From assembly GCA_963555995.3 (NCBI GenBank), contig OY821641.1, positions 1 through 64,000 on the forward strand: a stretch of DNA of 64,000 bases. Direction: 5' to 3'. The translations under genes and the position numbers were made by a program. This stretch comes from Vicinamibacteria bacterium (lineage in GTDB: Bacteria; Acidobacteriota; Vicinamibacteria; Marinacidobacterales; Marinacidobacteraceae). The stretch's first letter is position 1. Each line of letters starts with the position of its first letter. Of the stretch, positions 55,822 to 64,000 are shown piece after piece. Below the pieces are notes generated by a model. It saw only the letters and a program-made list of their open reading frames with translations. It was not told where the DNA came from and made no database searches.

Positions 55822-57513
55822 TCAGCGCGATTCGCCGGCGCCGCGGCGCAGGCTGACCGTATCGGCTCCGGTCGCGGGGAAGACTTCACGGGCCCCGTCC
55901 GGCCACACGACCACGAACTCGCTCACCCGGACGCCGGTGGGAACGGCGAAGAAGGCCCGCGGGTCCCCGGTCGCCAGGTAGCTGCCCCCCGGATCGGCGC
56001 GCCGAACCGATTGGCTGCCGCCTTCGAAGACGGCGGTGACCACCGCGGGGAAGGAGGGCCGTCCCTCGCGGTCCAGCGTGCCGACCCGCAGCGGCGACCC
56101 GGCGCGCTCGAAGTCGTTCCGGTAGAGCCGCGCTGGCCCTTCGGCGTTCGCCAGGAGGAGATCCAGGTCACCGTCCTCGTCGTAGTCCGCGAGCGCGAGC
56201 CCGCGGCTCACCTCGATGACGGCGGCGAAGTCTCCGGCGCCGCCAAAATCGCCGAAGAGCGCATCGTTTCCTGCGACGCCGCCGTTCCGGAACACCTGGT
56301 TCGGTTCGCCGAACGCCTTCCAGAAGGAGTCTCCGAGCGCCCCGGGAAGGGCGGGTTTCCGCTGCACCCGGCCGTTCGCGACCACCAGGTCGAGAGCGCC
56401 GTCGAGGTCGAGATCCACGAACCCGGTCCCGAAACCGGTCATCGCCATGCTGGCCGGACCGAGCCCCGACGGGCCGGTGCGGTCGGCGAACGAGAGGCCG
56501 AAGTCGGCGCCGTCGCTGCGGTAGAGCGTGTTGGTCTCGTCCGCCACGTGGGTGATGAAGAGATCGAGATCGAGGTCGTGGTCCACGTCCCCGAGCGCGA
56601 TGCCCATGCCGGCCTCCGGCCGCCCGGCGTCGTTCAGGGCGACGCCCGCCAGGAAGGCGTCGTCGGCGAAACCGTCCCCGCCCTGGTTCAGCCAGAGCTG
56701 GTTCGCCTCGCCGTCGTTCGCCACGTAGAAGTCGAGGCGCCCGTCGCCGTCGAAGTCGTGGCAGACGACGCCCAGCCCCGGCGCGTGCACGGCGCGGAGT
56801 CCGGCCGCGAGCGAGACGTCCTCGAACCGACCGCCGCCGAGGTTCCGGTAGAGGTAGTCGTGGACCCCCGGGAAGACCTGCGGACTGCAGTAGTCGCGGC
56901 TGCCGTCCTGCTGGGTGCAGAACTTCCCCGGATCGTTCCGCACGTAGCGGGCGACGTAGAGGTCGAGGCGCCCGTCGGCGTCGTAGTCGCAAAACGCCGC
57001 CGAGGAAGACCACCCCTCGCCGGCCACGCCGGCGCTGGCGGTCACGTCCTCGAAGCGCCCGTCGCCGAGGTTCCGGTAGAGGAGGTCCGGCCCGTAGTTG
57101 GTGACGAACAGGTCGGTGCGGCCGTCCCCGTCGAAGTCCGCGGTGGCGAGTCCCATGCCGTACCCGGTGTCGGCGGTTCCCGAGGCGGCGCTCGCGTCGG
57201 TGAACGATCCCGAAGGCCCCTGGAGGTAGAGCGCGTTGCCGGGCGCCCCGGGCCTCGGTCCCGCGGGGTCGGTGGGCCGGCCGCCCTGGAGCAGGTAGAT
57301 GTCGAGGTCCCCGTCCCCGTCGGCGTCGAAGAACCCGGCCCCCGCGCCGGTGATCTCGGGCAGCGAGAAGTTGCCCTCGTCGCCCGCGTCGTGGATGAAC
57401 CGGATGCCCGCCTGTTCTGTCACCTCGGTGAATCCCTGGGCGGCAGCAGGAGCCGCGCCGCAGACGGCGACACACAGCGCCGCCGTGAAGTGTTTCCCGG
57501 CGCGGCGGCTCAA
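55822..57513 (-). CDS. CRTAC1-family protein (FG-GAP/VCBS repeats + ASPIC/UnbV domain)
   Basis: FTEVTEQAGI, repeated DxDGDGxxD motifs, AGMGIALGD, SRGLALAD, GSYLATGDPR; TTG start inferred. Confidence 0.9.
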   Translation of the reverse strand: MSRRAGKHFTAALCVAVCGAAPAAAQGFTEVTEQAGIRFIHDAGDEGNFSLPEITGAGAGFFDADGDGDLDIYLLQGGRPTDPAGPRPGAPGNALYLQGPSGSFTDASAASGTADTGYGMGLATADFDGDGRTDLFVTNYGPDLLYRNLGDGRFEDVTASAGVAGEGWSSSAAFCDYDADGRLDLYVARYVRNDPGKFCTQQDGSRDYCSPQVFPGVHDYLYRNLGGGRFEDVSLAAGLRAVHAPGLGVVCHDFDGDGRLDFYVANDGEANQLWLNQGGDGFADDAFLAGVALNDAGRPEAGMGIALGDVDHDLDLDLFITHVADETNTLYRSDGADFGLSFADRTGPSGLGPASMAMTGFGTGFVDLDLDGALDLVVANGRVQRKPALPGALGDSFWKAFGEPNQVFRNGGVAGNDALFGDFGGAGDFAAVIEVSRGLALADYDEDGDLDLLLANAEGPARLYRNDFERAGSPLRVGTLDREGRPSFPAVVTAVFEGGSQSVRRADPGGSYLATGDPRAFFAVPTGVRVSEFVVVWPDGAREVFPATGADTVSLRRGAGESR

Positions 57514-57639
57514 AGCCCGTTCAGTATAGGGAGGCGGACCGTGGTTTCGAGGCGGAACCGCACGGCTCGGCCGTCCGTTATGTCGGTTGCGGGGTGAGCC
57601 GCGAGTTCGCGATTCCGAGTTCCCCGCGGGAGGCACCCG

Positions 57640-58482
57640 ATGACGACACGACGGAAGACGGCGATCGTGCTTGCGATGACGGCGCTGGTGGCGCCGGCCG
57701 CGTTTGCCCAACCGGAACCCGGGCGGTGCGAATTCCGTGATGCCCGGGAGTTGAGCGGACCGGCCACCGAGACCCTCGAGGTCGAGAGCGGGGCCGGGGC
57801 CGTCGAGATCGAGGGCGACGCGGAACTTGGGGAGATACGGGTGAGCGCGATCCTCTGCGCTTCCAGCCAGGAGTTGTTCGACGGGCTTGACGTGTCGCTT
57901 GCGAACGGCCGGCTCGCGACCAGGTATCCGACATGGCGCTCGCGCATCTTCAACTTTGGCGGCAACCGTTACGCGAGCATCTCCCTCGCTGTCCTGGTTC
58001 CTGCCGGCACCGCCGTAGAGCTGGAGGACAAGTCCGGATCAGCGGCGATCTCGAACGTGGCCGGGGCCAGGGTGGACGACGGATCGGGAAGCCTGCGCAT
58101 CCGGGGCGTCGAGGGCGACGTGCGCGTCAAGGACGGCTCCGGGAGCCTGACCATCGAGGACGTCACCGGCGACGTGTCCGTGGAGGACGGCTCCGGGAGC
58201 CTCACGATCCGTGACGTCGCGGGCAGCGTCACCCTGGAGGACGGCTCCGGCGGAGCCCGGGTCCGCGGCGTGACCGGGAACGTGGTCGTGACGGACGACG
58301 GTTCGGGCGGCATCGAGATCGAGGAGGTGGGCGGCGAGGTGCGCGTCAGCGACGCCGGCTCCGGCCGTGTTCGGGTGCGTGACGTCGAAGGAGATCTGAC
58401 CGTAACGGGAGTCCGGAGGTCCCGCATTGACTACGACAACGTCCGCGGCGAGGTGGACCTGCCACCGGACCGCTTGCGGTGA
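57640..58482 (+). CDS. DUF4097/adhesin-like beta-solenoid secreted protein
   Basis: Signal peptide; ~19-aa repeats DGSGSLxIxDVxGDVxVx. Confidence 0.8.
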   Translation: MTTRRKTAIVLAMTALVAPAAFAQPEPGRCEFRDARELSGPATETLEVESGAGAVEIEGDAELGEIRVSAILCASSQELFDGLDVSLANGRLATRYPTWRSRIFNFGGNRYASISLAVLVPAGTAVELEDKSGSAAISNVAGARVDDGSGSLRIRGVEGDVRVKDGSGSLTIEDVTGDVSVEDGSGSLTIRDVAGSVTLEDGSGGARVRGVTGNVVVTDDGSGGIEIEEVGGEVRVSDAGSGRVRVRDVEGDLTVTGVRRSRIDYDNVRGEVDLPPDRLR

Positions 58483-58526
58483 GAATCCGGTCCCGCGGGA
58501 CGGCCGAGTGCCGTCACGGCGTCGCC

Positions 58527-58698
58527 GGCTTGGAACGCCGGCTTCAGCCGGCACAGCCCGCCGCAGGCGGGCGGCGGGAAGAACCTCCTTCGCCGTCATG
58601 GCGCAGGGGATCCTTTGCGGGCGCGCCATGGAGGGAGAGCCATGCGCCCCTCCGCTCGCTGAGCGCAGCGGTGCCGGCTGAAGCCGGCGTTCCAAGCC
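58527..58698. mobile_element. REPIN-like element (CTTCAG-loop variant, different interior)
   Basis: 28-bp perfect TIR GGCTTGGAACGCCGGCTTCAGCCGGCAC. Confidence 0.85.
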
Positions 58699-58747
58699 CT
58701 TTCGCCGTCTTTCCCGCCGGCGCGGTGTGAGAGGTGGGCGCCGCGCC

Positions 58748-59350
58748 CTATCGGCGCAGGGCGTGGCCGCGCACGAGACTCTCCAGATCGTCGAGTTCGT
58801 GGGTGGCCTGACTGGCGCTGCTCCCTGATGCGGTCCGGATCGGAAACAGCAGGCTGAGACTCCCGTCGTCGGCGCGGGAAAGCGGCATCTTTCCCTCCAC
58901 TCCGCCGAGGACCGACGGCAAGCGCCCGCGGGTCCCCCTGAGGAAGACGACGGCCGTTTCCCCCTCCCGGAAGTGCGGCATCTCCGAGACCATCACGGTG
59001 GTCTCCCCGACCGTGCCCCCCGGGATGCGGAAAACGATCCGCCTGCCGGCCTGACCCGACAGCACCCGCTCGACCCGCATCGTCACCCGGGTATAGATGC
59101 GCGAACGATCGTGGTTCCAGGTGGATTCCATCTTCTCGATGGTCCCCGCCACCACCTGGGTGGCCAGTTCGGACATCTTCTGGATCCCGAGCGGCGCGAA
59201 CGGTGAGGGGATGGACTCACGGCGCTGGGCCGCGAGATCCGAAGGAACGAGCAACACGACGACGAGGGCCGCGGCGGTTCCGAGGAGAAGCGCCGCTTCC
59301 GATCGGCGGCGCCACGCGGAGGGGTTCGCGGTCATCGGTGTTTCGCTCAA
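58748..59350 (-). CDS. Secreted hypothetical protein (OB/TIMP-like beta domain)
   Basis: Signal/TM segment; ATQVVAGTI...IYTRVTMRVERVLSG...PGGTVG...PHFREGETAVVFL. Confidence 0.6.
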   Translation of the reverse strand: MSETPMTANPSAWRRRSEAALLLGTAAALVVVLLVPSDLAAQRRESIPSPFAPLGIQKMSELATQVVAGTIEKMESTWNHDRSRIYTRVTMRVERVLSGQAGRRIVFRIPGGTVGETTVMVSEMPHFREGETAVVFLRGTRGRLPSVLGGVEGKMPLSRADDGSLSLLFPIRTASGSSASQATHELDDLESLVRGHALRR

Positions 59351-59414
59351 CGAAGGTAGTTTCGCACTCGCAAGGAGATGGCGTCGAAGGACAGCCGCAT
59401 CCGCTTCGCCGAGG

Positions 59415-59737
59415 TCATGGAGCTGGCCTTTCCGGCGAGCACCGCCCGCGATCGTCGCAGACGAGATGCACCGGATCGCAGCCGGGCGCCTCGGCGCGGA
59501 GGTGCAGTTCGTCGAACCAGCCGAGGGTCATCGTCTGGGCGATGCCTTGCCGCGTGAAAAGTGCGCGCCGGCGGAGGAGGTGACCTCGTCCCAGTCGCCG
59601 AGGCGCCCGAAGAACCGGTAGGTCTCCCCCGTACTCGCCGGCAGGCTCGCGGCTATCAGGGCGATAGCCCCCAACGGCCAGCGGCGCCGGCGCGCGTGGC
59701 CGGACGCCGACCGATTGCGGAGGCCGCTACCTGACAT
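59415..59737 (-). pseudogene. Deletion scar: matrixin-like N-terminus joined out of frame to a lipoprotein-like C-terminus
   Basis: 59737 to ~59560 encodes a signal peptide + YRFFGRLG (cf. YHFFGGGRLG). ~59549-59415 encodes QTMTLGWFDELHLRAEAPGCDPVHLVCDDRGRC (cf. QTLALAHFEPLRLTAQSPGCDPTEISCAEGSC). Confidence 0.75.
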
Positions 59738-60611
59738 CGCAACTGCCTTCGGCGCAAGAGATCTCGGTGGGGTCGCACCCCGGAGACTGAGCGGTGAGGC
59801 GAAGCGGCTCGAAGTGCGCCAGCGCGAGGGTCTGCCGCAGCGAGCCTCCGACTTCGGCGAGTCGCGTGCCAAGCATGAATCCCGACGGCAGCGCCGTGTA
59901 GCGGGAAGGTTCCTCGTCGTTTTCCAGATGTTCGAACGGGATCCGGTAGGGCGTCATCAGCGAGACGTCCAGGTTCGGGTCCGCAACCTCCACCGTGAGA
60001 TCCGCCACGCGGTACTCCCGAATTTCGTCACCGAGGATCGCGGCGACGAATTCTCCGGCAGCTCCGGCGCCGGCACGGGCGCGAGCCTGGATTCCCATAT
60101 CTCCACAAGACGCCGAGGTCCTGTCCACCACCGTGAACCGGAGGGGCGTCGGATCGACTGCCAGGACGAATCCGCCGCCGAGCCGCGTGTCGGGGACCTC
60201 CTCCAACCAGAGCGAGTAGGTGGCGTCGGGCTCTTCGACATCGTCGGCCAGCGCGCGGATGTGCACCAGACCCGGAGTGTTCGTTCCTTCCACCCGCACG
60301 TCACCCCCGGCGGTGACCTGGTCCGGCGGGGCGTCATGACGAGCCCGCACCGGAATCCCCGGTGTTTGCCCACCGCCGGTGAAATCCCTGCCGCGACCGT
60401 CGGTCGCGGCCTGAACCGTCACCCTCGTCCCCTCGGAGATACGGATCGTGGTCCCGGGGCGCACGAAGACGCCTCCCAGGTAGATGGGAATGATCTTGTC
60501 CGGCGAAACCGGAGGCGCCGAGGGAGTCGTCGCGGACTCCTGACAACCGGAGAGAAGCATTGCCCCGGCGAGGGCCGCTCCGGCGATGATCCGGTTCGGT
60601 TTCGCGGTCAT
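59727..60611 (-). CDS. Hypothetical lipoprotein (Calx-beta-like motif, Cys-rich C-terminus)
   Basis: Lipobox LSGC; LADDVEEPDATYSL; ATGA-coupled to the matrixin gene. Confidence 0.65.
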   Translation of the reverse strand: MTAKPNRIIAGAALAGAMLLSGCQESATTPSAPPVSPDKIIPIYLGGVFVRPGTTIRISEGTRVTVQAATDGRGRDFTGGGQTPGIPVRARHDAPPDQVTAGGDVRVEGTNTPGLVHIRALADDVEEPDATYSLWLEEVPDTRLGGGFVLAVDPTPLRFTVVDRTSASCGDMGIQARARAGAGAAGEFVAAILGDEIREYRVADLTVEVADPNLDVSLMTPYRIPFEHLENDEEPSRYTALPSGFMLGTRLAEVGGSLRQTLALAHFEPLRLTAQSPGCDPTEISCAEGSCDVR

Positions 60612-61708
60612 GGCGCGCGGCCCGTCCCGACGGTGATTTCCGGGAGGACGGTGAGTTGGCTCCGGTCTGCCGGGACTTGAATCCAGCGCCAGCGATCCAG
60701 GATGTCGAGACTGCCGGACTCCTGCACGGCTTCACGGAACGTGTGCGCTCCGGGAATGGCTACCGGGTGCAACCAGAGCATCACCGGTCCGGGCCGGATC
60801 CCTTCCAGGAGGAACTGGCCGGATTGATCGGTGAATGTCCCGGGGCCAAACCCCGCGGTACCCCGGGAGCCCACGGTCTGGACATAGACGAACGGCGCGG
60901 GATCCCCGTTCTCGAACACGACCCTGCCGCCGAGTGAATTGCGGGACTTGAGGAACCCGGGCGCGGGATAGAGCAGGGAGACCGCGATTTCGTCGTCGGA
61001 GGTGAGGCCCACGAATCCGAAGTCGTTCCCGTAGGACATGTTCGGATGGGGGGCGAACGCACCCACACCCTCCGGCAAGGCGCCCGCCTCGCGTACCCAG
61101 TCCGGCCTTGCCAGGGTTGTCGGCCACATCGGGTTGAGTGTCGAATGGGCGAGCCCGAGGCAGTGGCCCATCTCGTGGATCATCGTGTTCTCCAGGGCGA
61201 TCCAGAACGCGATGTCGGGCAGCTCCGCCTCTCGGAGACTCTCGTAGCGATCCGTGTAGTACGAGGGATTGAACTCGATGTCGCAGCCGACCCAGTCGCC
61301 GCCGTCCCATCGCCAGCGTGCCGTCGCGGCGAACGCGAATTCGTCCTCGTCCTCCGCCGCGACTCCGAACCCGACGGTGTTGATCTGATCGTCGGCCGCC
61401 CGGTCCGCGACCAACGTCTCGTCAGCGACGACGATGGCGATCCGGGCCGTGGGAATGGCGGTCCAGTGCGCGAAGGCTCGCTCGATGAGCTCCCTCCACG
61501 TGGCAGCGGTCAGTCCCGGTACCGGCGGCAAATGCTCGTTTTCCAGGATCCGGAAGCGGAGCGGGAAATCCTCCGGCTCCCAGCGGTACGCCTCCCAGGA
61601 GGGCACGACTCCGAGCCGGCCCCCACCGAAGAAGTGGTACCCCACCGCCGGCCCGGCGAGCAGAAGCGCGAGGATCGCGAGATGCGCGAGGCGCTGCTCG
61701 TGTCTCAT
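60608..61708 (-). CDS. Matrixin-like (metzincin) metalloprotease with C-terminal beta domain
   Basis: HEMGHCLGLAHS (HExxHxxGxxH), Met-turn PNMSY, LTSDDEIAVSLLYP; signal peptide. Confidence 0.85.
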   Translation of the reverse strand: MRHEQRLAHLAILALLLAGPAVGYHFFGGGRLGVVPSWEAYRWEPEDFPLRFRILENEHLPPVPGLTAATWRELIERAFAHWTAIPTARIAIVVADETLVADRAADDQINTVGFGVAAEDEDEFAFAATARWRWDGGDWVGCDIEFNPSYYTDRYESLREAELPDIAFWIALENTMIHEMGHCLGLAHSTLNPMWPTTLARPDWVREAGALPEGVGAFAPHPNMSYGNDFGFVGLTSDDEIAVSLLYPAPGFLKSRNSLGGRVVFENGDPAPFVYVQTVGSRGTAGFGPGTFTDQSGQFLLEGIRPGPVMLWLHPVAIPGAHTFREAVQESGSLDILDRWRWIQVPADRSQLTVLPEITVGTGRAP

Positions 61709-61851
61709 TCCCTTCCGCCCGGCTGGCAAGAAAGGATCGTGCCATATTGGCGCAGGGCTCGAGCGTGGTGCCACCGGGCGCCCGGCGTGAACGCCGGCCA
61801 CGATCATCGGCGTCTCGGCAGGGGTGTTTGCGCCCAGTCCGGTGGCTTCGC

Positions 61852-62838
61852 CTACGTTGGGCCGTCGTCGGTCCCGATGCGGCCCAGCCTTGCGAGAAAG
61901 TCGGTCTCGCTCCCGGCGCGCTGCGCGGCCTCCACGACCGCTTCCGGGGAAGCACGGCGCACAACATCGAGAATCCGGTCCGTCGCCGTTTCGATGCCGC
62001 GGCCGCGCAACATCGAGACAGCGGTTTCGGCAATGCCCCGGACTCGACCTTCTGCGATGCCCCGGGCGCGGCCGAGGCCGGCCACCCGCCGCAACTGGGC
62101 ATCGTCCTCCCAACTCGTCCCCTCGCGTTGTCCGAGAGCCCGTCCCACCCGCCAGAGGACCGCTTCGGTTTCCAGCGACATCGCCGGCTCGTTCAAGGCC
62201 TGGTGGATCTCCGCGGCGCGCCAGGTAGGAAACGCCCGGCTTTCGTCCGACTCCCGGTATTCGTCGCCCTCCAGCAGGTAGATCGCGAGCCGCACCGGGC
62301 GGCGCCGGGGCCGGCTCGGGGACGCCCTTTCGGGAACCTCGACCCACACTTCCGGGAATCCCCACTCGCGGTACGCGATCAGCTTCCCGCGCCGCACGTC
62401 GGTGGTGTTGTCCACTTCCAGCACCACATCCGGCAGGTCGTGTTCCCCCACGATCAGGTGCGCCAGCCCCGGGAGCCGCACCCGGTCCGGGTGCAGGATG
62501 ATGGACTGGTCCGCCTGCATGATGTCGGTCAGGGTCCCGTCCGCTTCCCGGATGCGCAGGTCCATGGCCCCGAAGCACTGCGCGCCTGAGCCCCGCGCTT
62601 CGCAGATGCGTTCGACGAGCTGCGCGAGCCGCTGCGCCGGCCGCTCGTGGTAGGGGCTGGTCGGTTCCCGCGCGAGCCACGCCGTCTCCGTCGCTGCCTC
62701 CCAGTACTCGATCCGGCGTCCTTCCCACTTCGGGCCCATGATCTCGGTTTCGGTCACCCGCGCGGGAACGCAACCGGTGAACTCCAGCGCGGAGACCGGC
62801 GTCCGCCGTTTCCGATCCGCGATCGCTACCGAAGGCAC
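61852..62838 (-). CDS. Uma2-family (DUF820) endonuclease-like protein
   Basis: PYHE, MQADQS, LPDVVLEVD, GKLIAYREWGFPEVW, ESRAFP. Confidence 0.85.
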   Translation of the reverse strand: MPSVAIADRKRRTPVSALEFTGCVPARVTETEIMGPKWEGRRIEYWEAATETAWLAREPTSPYHERPAQRLAQLVERICEARGSGAQCFGAMDLRIREADGTLTDIMQADQSIILHPDRVRLPGLAHLIVGEHDLPDVVLEVDNTTDVRRGKLIAYREWGFPEVWVEVPERASPSRPRRRPVRLAIYLLEGDEYRESDESRAFPTWRAAEIHQALNEPAMSLETEAVLWRVGRALGQREGTSWEDDAQLRRVAGLGRARGIAEGRVRGIAETAVSMLRGRGIETATDRILDVVRRASPEAVVEAAQRAGSETDFLARLGRIGTDDGPT

Positions 62839-63087
62839 GACCGCATTCTAGTGCGGTGTCCCACAAATCCTGCGGTATTCGAGCGGCGATGCATCCCGCC
62901 TGACCGCTTCGCTCGGCGTTCCGAATCCATCGGAATACACTCGGTATTCCTCCGGATTCGCGCCTTGTCAGGCGGGCGCCTCGCCGCTCTCGGTAACTCA
63001 CAGGATTTGCGGGACACCACACTAGTGGTCGCCGGCCTGGGAGCCCGCGGATCGAGCGGCGTGACGCGTGGCTGCTAACCTTCGCCC

Positions 63088-63699
63088 ATGCCCGTTTCGC
63101 CTCTCGCGTCGGCGATCCGCATCCGGGCGGAACCGCGCGACGTCACGACCTGCCGCTTCGTGGTGGACCGTCCCGTGCTTCCCGGGGGTTCGGTTTACTT
63201 CGATACCGCCGCCGGGGCGGAGAACTCCCCGATGGCGCGGGAACTCCTGAGCATTCCCGGGGTCTCCGGGGTGTTGATCCAGGACAACCTGATCACGGTG
63301 ACGGCGGCGGAGAACCAGGCCAACTGGATGCCGATCGGCCGCGAGGCGGGAAAGCGGATCCGGTCGGTCCTCGAGGGCGCCGAGCCGGCGGTGGACCCCG
63401 AGGTACTCGCCGACCTTCCGGCGCCGGAGGACATCCGGGACCGCGTCCAGGCCGTCCTGCGCGACGAGATCAACCCGGCCGTCGCCTCCCACGGGGGATA
63501 CATAGATCTCGTCGGAGTGGAGCGGAACCAGGTCTTCATCCGCATGGGAGGAGGCTGCCAGGGGTGCGGGATGGCGACGGCTACCCTCCGCCAGGGGGTC
63601 GAGAAGATCCTGCGCCGGGCGGTTCCGGAGATCGGCGCCATTCTGGACACCACGGACCACGCTGCCGGGACGAACCCGTACTACGAGCCAGCTCGGTAG
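63088..63699 (+). CDS. Nfu/NifU-family Fe-S cluster carrier
   Basis: Nfu_N domain (SPMARELLSIPGVSGV); INPAVASHGG, MGGGCQGC, DTTDHAAGTNPYY. Confidence 0.9.
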   Translation: MPVSPLASAIRIRAEPRDVTTCRFVVDRPVLPGGSVYFDTAAGAENSPMARELLSIPGVSGVLIQDNLITVTAAENQANWMPIGREAGKRIRSVLEGAEPAVDPEVLADLPAPEDIRDRVQAVLRDEINPAVASHGGYIDLVGVERNQVFIRMGGGCQGCGMATATLRQGVEKILRRAVPEIGAILDTTDHAAGTNPYYEPAR

Positions 63700-63748
63700 A
63701 AGGCGAGGGGTCCCGCCCAGCGCGGGCGCCGGGACGAGACACCCCATC

Positions 63749-64000
63749 GTGACTTCGCGCAGACGATCTCCGGTCCGTGAGCGCCTCGGAAGCCCGCTCC
63801 TGCTCCTGGCCCTGATCCTTCCCGCTCTGGCCGAAGGCGCACCGGTCCAGTTCGGCCAGCAGCGGAATCGCGAGCAGCGGGAAGCGCCGCCCGTGGCGTG
63901 GAGCCACGATCCGCCGCCGGCGGGCACCATGATCACGCGCGCCGAACACGTGACCCGCGAGGGCTCCCACGTCGTCCTCGATGGCTACGCGCAGGTGGCC
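63749..64000 (+). CDS. Partial exported protein, possibly LptD/OstA-like N-terminus; runs off the window end
   Basis: Open frame MTSRRR...PLLLLALILPALA...TRAEHVTREGSHVVLDGYAQVA. Confidence 0.4.
   Translation, partial: MTSRRRSPVRERLGSPLLLLALILPALAEGAPVQFGQQRNREQREAPPVAWSHDPPPAGTMITRAEHVTREGSHVVLDGYAQVA

Noticed and set aside
57960-58440. GACGGCTCCGG nucleotide repeats
   Set aside because: Explained by the protein's DGSG beta-solenoid repeats.
60608-63022. 804-aa ORF as one gene
   Set aside because: The upstream part overlaps the Uma2 gene in another frame; the real matrixin starts at 61708 with a signal peptide.

Overview
High-GC bacterial chromosomal segment. The gene content (Oar-like TonB-dependent receptors, CRTAC1/ASPIC-UnbV + TPR pairs, a GWxTD protein, MacB-like permeases, expanded AAA ATPases, a Uma2 nuclease) suggests Acidobacteriota, possibly host-associated; this is inference. 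About 45 genes or gene remnants are supported. Housekeeping and envelope genes are interleaved with small accessory cassettes: three PIN toxin-antitoxin operons, two orphan antitoxins, a single-chain restriction-modification gene, an AlbA_2/Schlafen-HATPase protein, six P-loop ATPases and an ISL3 element. No rRNA, tRNA, CRISPR array or reverse transcriptase was seen. The most notable signals are: (1) a dense REP/REPIN-like palindromic family of about 21 arms with covarying stems, a tandem array, and arms that bracket whole genes or are recruited into coding sequence; (2) an ISL3 element with an 8-bp target duplication and unusually long (~100 bp) terminal inverted repeats, inserted in a terminator U-tract; (3) paralogous STAND-like ATPase cassettes with a -10 box 6-8 nt before the start codon (leaderless-type); (4) a 91-bp tandem repeat with helically phased 9-mers and an IHF-consensus site; (5) tandem M20-family lipoproteins with non-canonical metal ligands; (6) deletion scars in an ECF sigma factor, an ATPase and a matrixin/lipoprotein array. 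All family calls come from motif recognition by eye, not database searches.
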